Origin: Bacillus sp. AFS098217
GTDB taxonomy: Bacteria; Bacillota; Bacilli; Bacillales; Bacillaceae_G
NCBI RefSeq assembly: GCF_002551815.1
Contig: NZ_NVPR01000004.1
Location: 3,166-43,165, forward strand
Direction: 5' to 3'
Length of the DNA: 40,000 nucleotides
Part shown: one piece after another, positions 10,059 to 17,746 of the stretch
Numbering within the stretch: the first letter of the stretch is position 1
How the letters are laid out: the number at the start of each line of letters is the position of its first letter
The notes under the pieces: model-generated
Databases searched by the model: none
The model's input: only the letters and a program-made list of their open reading frames with translations
What the model was told of the DNA's origin: nothing
Program-made: the position numbers and the translations under genes

Positions 10059-10772
10059 ATGACAATGACAAAAGATGCAATTGAAAAAGTATTAGAAATT
10101 GGGACAGTAGAAACGCATGAAATTGGTTCGCAAACATTCTCAACGCAGCCTTTATACCTTGTAAAAGAACCAACACCTGCAGAAATTGTAGTGCGTAGCC
10201 TATCGGGTTTAGTAGATTATGTGAAATCAGAGTTTGATACGGTCCAACCTTTAATGATTCATATTGAAAATCCTAAAACTGTAAGTTGTTTTACAGAAGT
10301 TAATGGAGATCAAAACAGAAGTACATTTGTTAGAGCGGAGGCATCTATTCCACGTTTTAGTTTTGGCAATTTCTATGACAGAGAAGAATTTAATATTGCT
10401 TTACAATCAGGATTTGTTCCAAATAAAGATCGCGACATTATTTTAAAAGTTGTAGGTACTGTAGTCGAAGAAGCGGTAAAAGAAATCAGTGACGATGGTG
10501 TATCGCAAGGTGTAACAGCAAAAAACGGGGTTGCAAACAGAGCGCTTGTAAAAGTACCCAATCCAGTGGAATTAATGCCATATAGAACATTTGTTGAAGT
10601 AAAACAACCAGAAAGTAAATTCGTTTTCAGAATGCGAGATGGGGCACGTAGCGGCTTATTTGAAGCTGATGGCGGCGCTTGGAAGTTGGAAGCAATGAAC
10701 AACATTAAAGATTACTTAACAAAAGCATTAGCAAAAGAAATCGAATCTAAAAAGGTGTTTATTTTAGCCTAA
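10059..10772 (+). CDS. Phage protein, possibly DUF2303 family
   Basis: 237 aa; TVSCFTEVNGDQNRSTFVRAEASIPRFSFGNFYDREEFNIALQSGF... Family call from sequence impression only. Confidence 0.6.
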   Translation: MTMTKDAIEKVLEIGTVETHEIGSQTFSTQPLYLVKEPTPAEIVVRSLSGLVDYVKSEFDTVQPLMIHIENPKTVSCFTEVNGDQNRSTFVRAEASIPRFSFGNFYDREEFNIALQSGFVPNKDRDIILKVVGTVVEEAVKEISDDGVSQGVTAKNGVANRALVKVPNPVELMPYRTFVEVKQPESKFVFRMRDGARSGLFEADGGAWKLEAMNNIKDYLTKALAKEIESKKVFILA

Positions 10773-10987
10773 TGGATATCACGACAGTAGAAAGTACAAC
10801 GAATGTTTGTATCTTCGGTTTAGGGTTTGCTGTACTTATGTACGGATTGTATAAAGGCGGAACTTTCATTGAACAAAAGTTTGATGAGAGTGATCGTCTA
10901 GAAAGAGAGGGAGAAAAGAATGGGGATAGAACAAAGGGTTCTGCCGAAACATTTAAAAGCAGCAATGAAATTAGAAAGCGAGCGTAG
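10772..10987 (+). CDS. Small single-TM phage protein
   Basis: 71 aa; ATG overlaps the previous stop; N-terminal TM segment. Confidence 0.6.
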   Translation: MDITTVESTTNVCIFGLGFAVLMYGLYKGGTFIEQKFDESDRLEREGEKNGDRTKGSAETFKSSNEIRKRA

Positions 10988-11258
10988 AGAATGTGTGCAA
11001 AACCAACAATTGTTATATAAGCAAATGGAGCAAGCAAATAGAAATGGCGATAAAAGTGCTTACTTTGAGCTTCATGATTTGTATCAAAAACAAATAAGAA
11101 GAGATTTAGAAATATCAAAAGAATTGTCAGCTATGTACTTTAAAAAGATAAAAAGCGATTGTTCTAAAGAAAGAAAAAATGTTTTGGATGTAGCCAATCG
11201 TTTAGAAGAAGTGGGTGGCAGAAAAGAAGTTGTAGAGAGGATTAGAAAGAATGCATAA
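10920..11258 (+). CDS. Hypothetical coiled-coil phage protein
   Basis: 112 aa charged helical protein; overlaps the previous ORF, so the start is uncertain. Confidence 0.6.
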   Translation: MGIEQRVLPKHLKAAMKLESERRECVQNQQLLYKQMEQANRNGDKSAYFELHDLYQKQIRRDLEISKELSAMYFKKIKSDCSKERKNVLDVANRLEEVGGRKEVVERIRKNA

Positions 11259-11351
11259 AAAAGAACCCGCTGCAACGGGTCCTAAAACAAAAATATTTCT
11301 CGATAAGTATAACATTGGTTCGTGGATTTGAGAACTTGAGAGGTAGGTATT

Positions 11352-12254
11352 ATGGGGATTTTTCGAGTTAAAAAGGATAATAATTATTCTGTCATAAATA
11401 ATACCGGTTTAAAAGATGAAAGACTTTCATGGAAGGCAAAAGGTATTTTGGCATATATTCTTACTCTTCCAGATGATTGGGTATTTTATAGAGAAGAACT
11501 ATCAAGTCATGCTAAAGATGGTATTGATAGTTTGAAAGCTGGGATGAAAGAACTAAAAGAGTATGGATACCTAAAACGGTTCCCAATAAGGGATGAACAA
11601 AACAGAATTGTAAGATGGGAAACTGTAATACATGAAATTCCACAGAATGAGCCATTGGCGGAAAAACCACCAATGGAGAATCCACAGATGGAAAAACCAC
11701 CAGTGGAAATTCCTCCGGTGGAAAATCCACTGCTACTAAATACTAATATACAAAGTACTGAAGAACTAAATACTGATATACAAAATACTAATCATCATCA
11801 TGATAATAATAATTCATCACAAAAATTGATTGATGAAGAATTTAAAATAAGTTACAACTTCTTGCTGAAAAATGGCATTGCATTAAGTGAAATTGCAATT
11901 ACGGAATTAGGTGGGTTTTGTGACACATTAGGCAGTGAACTGATCATACATGCAGCTAACAAGGCTATTGATGAAAATGTGCCAAAGTGGAGATATGTTC
12001 GTGGCATTTTGGATAACTGGAAAAAGAGAAAAGTAAAAACACTGAATGATATTGCTGTATTGGATGCACAGTTTGAACTTAGTAAGAATAAAAAGCGATC
12101 TGGTACAAATTACGGAACTAGAAAAGAAGTGGTACCAGATTGGTTAAGGCAACAGCAATCTGAAACGGAAACTGAACAAAAGCAAAAAAGTGCTAATTTG
12201 ATAGATGAAGAGCGTAAGAGATTACAAGCTGTATTACAAAAATATAAATCATAG
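11352..12254 (+). CDS. Phage replication initiation protein (N-terminal HTH_36-type wHTH, C-terminal DnaD-like region)
   Basis: 300 aa; NTGLKDERLSWKAKGILAYILTLPDDWVFYREELSSHAKDGIDSLKAGMKELKEYGYLKR; Pro-rich repeat linker; C-terminal KWRYVRGILDNWKK. Confidence 0.85.
   Translation: MGIFRVKKDNNYSVINNTGLKDERLSWKAKGILAYILTLPDDWVFYREELSSHAKDGIDSLKAGMKELKEYGYLKRFPIRDEQNRIVRWETVIHEIPQNEPLAEKPPMENPQMEKPPVEIPPVENPLLLNTNIQSTEELNTDIQNTNHHHDNNNSSQKLIDEEFKISYNFLLKNGIALSEIAITELGGFCDTLGSELIIHAANKAIDENVPKWRYVRGILDNWKKRKVKTLNDIAVLDAQFELSKNKKRSGTNYGTRKEVVPDWLRQQQSETETEQKQKSANLIDEERKRLQAVLQKYKS
11652..11732 (+). repeat. Five tandem 15-bp iteron-like repeats inside the initiator gene, plus a partial sixth
   Basis: CCATTGGCGGAAAAA, CCACCAATGGAGAAT, CCACAGATGGAAAAA, CCACCAGTGGAAATT, CCTCCGGTGGAAAAT, then CCACTG. 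Confidence 0.85.
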
Positions 12255-12265
12255 GAGATGTTTAC

Positions 12266-12736
12266 ATGCTAGATATCTTTGATGTAGGAAATTGGTGTGA
12301 TATTTGCGGTGATAGTATACCACCTTCTGATGAAAGAATCATGTACATTGAAGGATGCGAAAAAACACTTTGTAAGAAGTGTAGCAGACAAGCTGAGAAG
12401 AGATTAAAAGTTTTAAGTGTACATGTAATTCATGATGTGCTAAGAGAATTAACAAAACAATTTGGCATAAAAAAAGTGCGTGAATTCGATTTAATCACCG
12501 CAGAGCGATTTGTGACAAATAACAATGTGTCATTAAACATAGAGAAGCGTGGCGGCAAGTTTAACCAGGAGCGTTTAGGAGAATTTGTGTCACTATCTAC
12601 TGGTGAATTGATTATCATAATTAAATTTTTAAAAAGGAAGATCAACCCAAACCTTTGGATGAATGCTGTAATAGGAAGTGTTTTAGATAGACAAATGACT
12701 ATTACATTAGTAAAAGAAGGGCAAGAGAATGCTTGA
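12266..12736 (+). CDS. Hypothetical phage protein with N-terminal zinc-ribbon-like CxxC...CxxC
   Basis: 156 aa; WCDICGDSIPPSDERIMYIEGCEKTLCKKCSRQAEKR. Confidence 0.7.
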   Translation: MLDIFDVGNWCDICGDSIPPSDERIMYIEGCEKTLCKKCSRQAEKRLKVLSVHVIHDVLRELTKQFGIKKVREFDLITAERFVTNNNVSLNIEKRGGKFNQERLGEFVSLSTGELIIIIKFLKRKINPNLWMNAVIGSVLDRQMTITLVKEGQENA

Positions 12737-12956
12737 ACAATTAACAATGGAAGATGCTGTTGTTTATGAACAAATCGATACCTATATGGTGGACATTGTT
12801 ACAAGTAATGGTTTTAGATTGGAATTCTGTGAAGCGGAAACAAAAGAAGAAGCAGCACTTACAATTCGTGAACGTTTCCGTAAAGATTATAATTTTCGAA
12901 TTCGTGGTATTGAAGTTTCTAATAGATCGTTAAAAGAAATCGAAGAACTAGATTAA
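12729..12956 (+). CDS. Hypothetical phage protein (75 aa)
   Basis: Overlaps the upstream stop; co-oriented. Confidence 0.65.
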   Translation: MLEQLTMEDAVVYEQIDTYMVDIVTSNGFRLEFCEAETKEEAALTIRERFRKDYNFRIRGIEVSNRSLKEIEELD

Positions 12957-12969
12957 GGAGAGAGAGCAA

Positions 12970-13404
12970 ATGAATTTACAAATTGGCAATAAAAAAGTAA
13001 CACCTGGTCAATGGATTGTATGCGAAATGGAAGATGGCCCGCAAATTACACAAGTTGAAAAAGTAATTAAAGATACGATTAACAATAAGGTAGAGTTATG
13101 GGGGCATTGGCAAAGTAAAGGATCTATTAAAGGGGATTGGGGATGCAATCACATTGAAAAGTGTCGTTTTGCTACTGCAGTAGAAATTGATGATGAAGGT
13201 TGGCGTGAAGTCTTCAGACGTAAAGGAAGAATTCCAGGGCAATTTAAAACAGGAGATTGGGTATCTGATGATGTGTATGCACTAACAGTTATGCATCAAA
13301 CCGGAAATATTGTAACAGTAGGAATTATTAATTCTAATCAAACGTATGAAGTAGCTGCAGAAAATTTAGAACCATTATTTTTCAAGGAAGATATGGCGGG
13401 ATAA
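12970..13404 (+). CDS. Hypothetical phage protein (144 aa)
   Basis: RBS GGAGAGAG; co-oriented; RIPGQFKTGDWVSDDVYALTV. Confidence 0.7.
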   Translation: MNLQIGNKKVTPGQWIVCEMEDGPQITQVEKVIKDTINNKVELWGHWQSKGSIKGDWGCNHIEKCRFATAVEIDDEGWREVFRRKGRIPGQFKTGDWVSDDVYALTVMHQTGNIVTVGIINSNQTYEVAAENLEPLFFKEDMAG

Positions 13405-13512
13405 ATGATAAAGTTTATATTTTTAATATTCGGTACATTATCGATTATGATTGTTTTTCGGACGGTAAATAAATTGTATTACAAGGATAAAAATAACAAA
13501 ACGGAGGATTAA
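13405..13512 (+). CDS. 35-aa single-TM microprotein MIKFIFLIFGTLSIMIVFRTVNKLYYKDKNNKTED (below the ORF-track cutoff)
   Basis: Follows the previous stop directly; its TAA overlaps the ATG of the dUTPase-like gene (TAATG), indicating translational coupling. Confidence 0.6.
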   Translation: MIKFIFLIFGTLSIMIVFRTVNKLYYKDKNNKTED

Positions 13513-14216
13513 TGGATAAGCAACAAATCATTATAGAAGAACTAATTTGCAAGTTTAAAATCTACAAAATGAAGGATGGTAGACAATTATATGAGTTGTC
13601 TACCCAAGAACTTCAAAGATTATTAGAGGAGAGGAGAAAAGAAATGATGAAATTACATAGAATTACTGATAAAGAGTTGGAAACAAAATTTAATTTACGT
13701 GAATTATTTGCCATGCAAAAGGAATTAGATAAAAGGATTGATTACCGTGATGAGGATCGCATTGAATTGAAATTCTATTCTTTACATGTAGAAGTAAATG
13801 AAGCATGGAATGAAACTATGTCATTCAAATTTTGGAGCAAGAGGTTTAAAGAACCAGATACAGATAAACTTTTAGAGGAATTAATAGACGGATTACATTT
13901 TCTTTTAAGTATTGTATTAGACATTAATACTTCTACAAGAAGTAATCATAATTTTATCGGCTGTTTTAATTATGCGAAGATACACAGCAGACATATATAC
14001 AGCGTTAACCGGTTATTTGAAATGTGGAGTACAACAGTATTAAAAGCAAAAAAGAAATGGGTGGCGTATCGTATATTCCCAGTAGCAGAATTACGAATTA
14101 TGTTCGGTGTTTTCTTCCGAATTTGCTATTTATATGATTTTACATACAAAGACATTGTACGTGCTTATAAAGAAAAGAATAAAGAGAATTTTATTCGTCA
14201 GGCGAGCGGTTATTAA
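13512..14216 (+). CDS. All-alpha dUTPase-like (dUTPase_2/MazG-like) protein
   Basis: 234 aa; LFAMQKELDKRI..EVNEAWNE..FKFWS..LLEELIDGLHFLLSI metal-binding helices. Confidence 0.85.
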   Translation: MDKQQIIIEELICKFKIYKMKDGRQLYELSTQELQRLLEERRKEMMKLHRITDKELETKFNLRELFAMQKELDKRIDYRDEDRIELKFYSLHVEVNEAWNETMSFKFWSKRFKEPDTDKLLEELIDGLHFLLSIVLDINTSTRSNHNFIGCFNYAKIHSRHIYSVNRLFEMWSTTVLKAKKKWVAYRIFPVAELRIMFGVFFRICYLYDFTYKDIVRAYKEKNKENFIRQASGY

Positions 14217-14217
14217 T

Positions 14218-14367
14218 ATGTATCCATTTGTGGTTACTTATGAAATTCCTCCGATGATTGGCAAGTTAGATGTAGATATTAATGCAAAAGACAAGCATGA
14301 AGCATTATATATCGTTAGAAATTTTCTACCGCGCGCTGCAATAGTGTGCGGTGCTAAACCAAAGTAA
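14218..14367 (+). CDS. 49-aa hypothetical phage protein (MYPFVVTYEIPPMIGKLDVDINAKDKHEALYIVRNFLPRAAIVCGAKPK)
   Basis: Internal ATG just after the upstream stop; the ORF-track start at 14107 would overlap the dUTPase gene extensively. Confidence 0.55.
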   Translation: MYPFVVTYEIPPMIGKLDVDINAKDKHEALYIVRNFLPRAAIVCGAKPK

Positions 14368-14531
14368 GACCAAATTTGAATTTTATATAAAAAGTAATGC
14401 GGAGATAAATAAGACCGCTCCTTTTATCGGAACGGCTGTACAAATAGCCTGTGCTGGAGTTTGCATCAAACGGCTTAAGATGTTTTCTCTAAGCAGTATG
14501 GACAAGGATTTTTACGATTATACGTAAAAAC

Positions 14532-14566
14532 GGCAGGTAATTGACTAAGTTACCCGCCATGTTTTT
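14532..14566 (+). terminator. Terminator of the early operon
   Basis: GGCaGGTAA-ttgactaag-TTACCcGCC followed by ATGTTTTT. Confidence 0.8.
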
Positions 14567-14725
14567 AAACTACACGGAGGAGCGAGCTCCGATTTGAAAG
14601 CGTGAAGCCGTGGGAAGTCGACTCAAAAATAGTATGTATATTACTAAAAATAGTTATTCATATAAGTTAGAGCTAACAACTTATTATTAATTATATGAAA
14701 TAGTACATAGAAGGAACTATAGCAC

Positions 14726-14763
14726 AAAACGTTATAAACTCCTGTATCAGTAGATAACGTTTT
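14726..14763. terminator. Perfect 10-bp inverted repeat at the 3' end of the antisense accessory gene
   Basis: AAAACGTTAT (14726-14735) / ATAACGTTTT (14754-14763), 8 bp beyond the minus-strand stop. Confidence 0.6.
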
Positions 14764-14770
14764 ATATTGG

Positions 14771-15445
14771 TTAGCTTTTTAATAATTTATCAATATAAGA
14801 TTGAGTGTTGGAAAACCAGCCAGGTGGGATTAAGCCTTCTTGAATTATGTATTCCTGTAAATCATTTTTTTCAGATGCATATACTTTCCAAATCTTTTGT
14901 TTTATTTTTGTTGGTCTACCCCATAGTTGATCTATTGTTTGAACTGAAGGTTCTAAGACAAAATAAAAATCATCATTTCGTGTTTTACCTCCTTCAGATT
15001 CTATAAATTTATCCTTAAATGTTAAAAGAACATAGGGCACATACAATGGCGTTAATCCTTTCTGGTACCAAAAATCTTTTTCATTAGCAACTTTAATTAA
15101 ATCCCTAAATTCAGAAACTGTTAACCCATCTGCTAAAGCGGCACATTTACTATAAATATCAAAAGTATGATTTTTTACAAATTGTATAATATCTTTTCCG
15201 TTTTCATTGTCAATTTGAGAGCCTAAAGAATCAGAGTAATTAACACGTGTTTTCTTCATTGATGGACAAATTGATTTTTTTGGATGTATAAAATATGCGC
15301 TTTTAATAAGGGATTGTTCCGCATCAACACGTATATCAGCCCCACAGATTGGGCAAATAATAGGTTCACCTTTGTACTTTGTTGTGTAAGTTTCTAAGTT
15401 TACTTTTTTACGAGAATCTTTTAATAGTGCATTGTATAAAGTCAC
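14771..15445 (-). CDS. Accessory (moron-like) protein with CoiA-like N-terminal zinc finger region
   Basis: Antisense to the phage operon; IICPICGADIRVDAEQSLIKSAYFIHPKKSICPSM. GTG at 15445, preceded by GGAGG, is preferred over the TTG at 15460. Confidence 0.65.
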   Translation of the reverse strand: MTLYNALLKDSRKKVNLETYTTKYKGEPIICPICGADIRVDAEQSLIKSAYFIHPKKSICPSMKKTRVNYSDSLGSQIDNENGKDIIQFVKNHTFDIYSKCAALADGLTVSEFRDLIKVANEKDFWYQKGLTPLYVPYVLLTFKDKFIESEGGKTRNDDFYFVLEPSVQTIDQLWGRPTKIKQKIWKVYASEKNDLQEYIIQEGLIPPGWFSNTQSYIDKLLKS

Positions 15446-15553
15446 AGATTTTGCCTCCAATGTAAATTGTTATCTTTATCAATATTTTAAAACGTTTCTA
15501 AGTTTCTGAAAAGACGGAAATATGACAATGGCTGAGCTATCCCAAAAATATCA

Positions 15554-15582
15554 AGGATAATTTTAAAAAAATAATCCTTTTA
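15554..15582 (+). terminator. Hairpin with T-tail upstream of the recU operon
   Basis: AAGGATaATTtt..aaATaATCCTTTT. Confidence 0.5.
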
Positions 15583-15613
15583 ACAGAAAGTACTTCGAAC
15601 GGAGGGGAAGGAT

Positions 15614-15781
15614 TTGAGAGATTTATCATACGCAATCGAAACACTAACAATTGAAAAGCATGAGTATGAAGAGAGAATAAGTCAGCTTAGCTGTAATTCT
15701 ATTAGATATAAACGATTTGAGAAAAAAGTTGAGCAATTAAAGCATGCCATTGAAATTCTTCAGCAACATAATTCAAAGTGA
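15614..15781 (+). CDS. 55-aa hypothetical phage protein (TTG start)
   Basis: TTG AGA GAT TTA ... AAG TGA; preceded by GGAGGGGAAG; encodes (M)RDLSYAIETLTIEKHEYEERISQLSCNSIRYKRFEKKVEQLKHAIEILQQHNSK. Confidence 0.65.
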   Translation: MRDLSYAIETLTIEKHEYEERISQLSCNSIRYKRFEKKVEQLKHAIEILQQHNSK

Positions 15782-15803
15782 AACTTTTTAAAAGAAAGAG
15801 AGA

Positions 15804-16343
15804 GTGAAAGTTATGGCTTATGCAGGTGCTCACGGTGCGGCATTTGAGAATATAATTAACGTTTCTAATGATATGTATAAACAGAAAGGGATTGCACTTA
15901 TTAATAAGCGTGCTACACCAGTAGTTGTTACGAGAAAGAATAAATTAGGGAAAGTGACAGCAGGTTATTTTGCACAGAAGTCTACAGTCGATTATGACGG
16001 GGTATACAAAGGAAGGGCAATCGCATTCGAAGCAAAAGCAACTATAAAGAAAACTAGCTTTGCATTAGATAATATTGCGCCACATCAAATTGATTATTTA
16101 GAGCAAGCGGAAAGGATGGGAGCAATTTGTTTCTTCTTAATAGAATTTAGTACAGAGCATTCAATATTTTTTGTACCATTTTCGTTAATTATGGAGTATG
16201 TTACTGCAGCTAATGCAGGTGGGCGTAAATCTATTCCACGTAGTGTGTTTGATGAAAGAGCTTACTTAGTAAAACCAACAAATCGTGCCCTAGTCGATTA
16301 CCTGCTGCATGTTGATAAATTAGAATGGTCAATTTGTAGTTAA
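15804..16343 (+). CDS. recU: Holliday junction resolvase RecU
   Basis: 179 aa; GAAFENIINVSNDMYKQKGIALINKRATPV...STVDYDGVYKGRAIAFEAKATIKKTSFALDNIAPHQIDYLEQAERMGAICFFLIEF. Confidence 0.93.
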   Translation: MKVMAYAGAHGAAFENIINVSNDMYKQKGIALINKRATPVVVTRKNKLGKVTAGYFAQKSTVDYDGVYKGRAIAFEAKATIKKTSFALDNIAPHQIDYLEQAERMGAICFFLIEFSTEHSIFFVPFSLIMEYVTAANAGGRKSIPRSVFDERAYLVKPTNRALVDYLLHVDKLEWSICS

Positions 16344-16681
16344 TGGGGAAAAGCAAAATGAATAAGAAAGCTATTCGTATAAAAATTCTGGACCTGCAGG
16401 ATAAATATTGTTCAAATTGTAGACAGCGTGATAATGCTAAGCACTGTTTGACACGTTGCGAGATAGGAATGCAAATTAACAGGCTAGGAAGCAATATAGG
16501 TGGTAAATACGTAGCAGATGCTCCAAAACGACGAACAAAAGCTGATTGGGATAAATTATGTATAATTGCTCTAGCAATGAGAGAACAACAAGGTTTAACA
16601 TATGCAGAAATTGCAAGAAGACTAGGAATAAACAAAGGATACGATTTAATTAAGCAACTAAAGAAAAGAAACCTAAAATAA
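16343..16681 (+). CDS. Zinc-finger plus HTH phage regulatory protein
   Basis: 112 aa; KYCSNCRQRDNAKHCLTRCEIGMQI and LTYAEIARRLGINKGYDLIKQLKKRN. Confidence 0.7.
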   Translation: MGKSKMNKKAIRIKILDLQDKYCSNCRQRDNAKHCLTRCEIGMQINRLGSNIGGKYVADAPKRRTKADWDKLCIIALAMREQQGLTYAEIARRLGINKGYDLIKQLKKRNLK

Positions 16682-16740
16682 AAAATTTCACATACCATAT
16701 TGTAAGGATAAATATAAAACAATGAAGTTAATAGTCCGTT

Positions 16741-16803
16741 AGAGGGCGTTGATTGTATATAGGAATGCAATTCTCCTATTTATAATTCAGCGTCCTCTTT
16801 TTG
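16741..16803 (+). terminator. Long terminator hairpin
   Basis: AGAGGGCGTTGAttgtATATAGGA-atgcaattc-TCCTATttataatTCAGCGTCCTCT followed by TTTTTG. Confidence 0.8.
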
Positions 16804-16823
16804 TTTAAAGGAGGAAATAGACC

Positions 16824-17324
16824 ATGAAAGAATTAATGAAGCAATATAGAAAGACATTAAAGCAATTAGAGAAGGCGAAGAAGAATGCTATAGAAGCAGA
16901 TGAAAAAGTAATTAAAAGAATGATTAGTGATATAAAATATGCGCTTGAATGGATGCGTACAGCGAAACAACCAGAGTTACGTAGGCCCATTGAACGTAGA
17001 GCAGCATACCAAAATGAGAAACCTGTAGATCCACTTTTAATGCAAAAATATTTTCGAAGTACAGAAACTTTGTATGAATGGGATGATAAACCAAAAGAAA
17101 GTGTTATATCTCATTGGGATCGTATTAAATTAGAAGACGCTTTATCGACTTTAACAGAGCGAGAAAAAGAAATATATATGATGTCAAAGGGAAACTGTTA
17201 TTCTATGGAGGAAATTGCTAAAAGGTTAAAAGTCACTAAAAGTACTGTTCAAACTACTATAGAAAGAGCGGATGAAAAAATCAAAATACAAATCAATGAA
17301 AGTCTCTTCTGCATGGTCGGATGA
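16824..17324 (+). CDS. Sigma-70-like/ArpU-type late transcription regulator
   Basis: 166 aa; region-4-like ALSTLTEREKEIYMMSKGNCYSMEEIAKRLKVTKSTVQTTIERADEKI; position immediately before the packaging module. Confidence 0.85.
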   Translation: MKELMKQYRKTLKQLEKAKKNAIEADEKVIKRMISDIKYALEWMRTAKQPELRRPIERRAAYQNEKPVDPLLMQKYFRSTETLYEWDDKPKESVISHWDRIKLEDALSTLTEREKEIYMMSKGNCYSMEEIAKRLKVTKSTVQTTIERADEKIKIQINESLFCMVG

Positions 17325-17334
17325 GACTTTTATT
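17299..17334 (+). terminator. Terminator overlapping the end of the late regulator gene
   Basis: AAAGTCTC (17299-17306) / GAGACTTT (17323-17330) followed by TATTTT. Confidence 0.7.
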
Positions 17335-17525
17335 TTAAAGACACTATTTTTGTCGTACGATTGCCACCTATATATGAAAGGTTACCGAAACTTTTTATTT
17401 CCTGTTGGTTTATGATGAGCGAACTTCGTTGTTCATTACTCGACAGTCGTTTTTTAATACTAGTAAGGTGATAAGATGTTGCGAACCTTGTTGCCTTTCA
17501 TGTCTAGTACATTTTAAATTCTCAT

Positions 17526-17667
17526 TAATTCAAACGGTCTAAACGGAAGGGCTTTCTGCTCTTCTTTGAACTGATACATGCCTACCTATATTAAGTGTCG
17601 GTTCAAAGAAGTGTAGGAAAATATTCTTTTGACGAAAGGGCAACTGATGCATGGTTGCTCTTTTATT
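17526..17667 (+). ncRNA. Candidate small structured RNA
   Basis: Possible promoter TTGCCT (17491-17496) N17 TTAAAT (17514-17519); 17-bp stem 17561-17577/17595-17611 (two G-U pairs); terminator AAAGGGCAAC/GTTGCTCTTT 17635-17663; no supported ORF. Confidence 0.45.
17635..17667 (+). terminator. Intergenic Rho-independent terminator
   Basis: AAAGGGCAAC-tgatgcatg-GTTGCTCTTT followed by TATT. Confidence 0.75.
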
Positions 17668-17746
17668 ATGTCGATATATGACGAACGATTGATAAGGTAT
17701 TCGCGCTCTTTTTGTCGGATAATGGAGATAGAAGGAGATGATAATT

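Noticed and set aside
11261-11284. Small hairpin ACCCG-ctgcaa-CGGGT flanked by AAAAAAG
   Set aside because: Only a 5-bp stem, T-run only on the minus strand where no gene ends; too weak to call a terminator.
11512-11730. 72-aa minus-strand ORF with FPxVxFP repeats
   Set aside because: Mirror image of the tandem 15-bp iteron/linker tract, not a separate gene.
12430-12747. 105-aa minus-strand ORF
   Set aside because: Fully antisense to the zinc-ribbon phage gene; no independent support.
16231-16770. 179-aa minus-strand ORF
   Set aside because: Antisense to recU end and the zinc-finger/HTH gene; Cys/Leu-rich junk translation.
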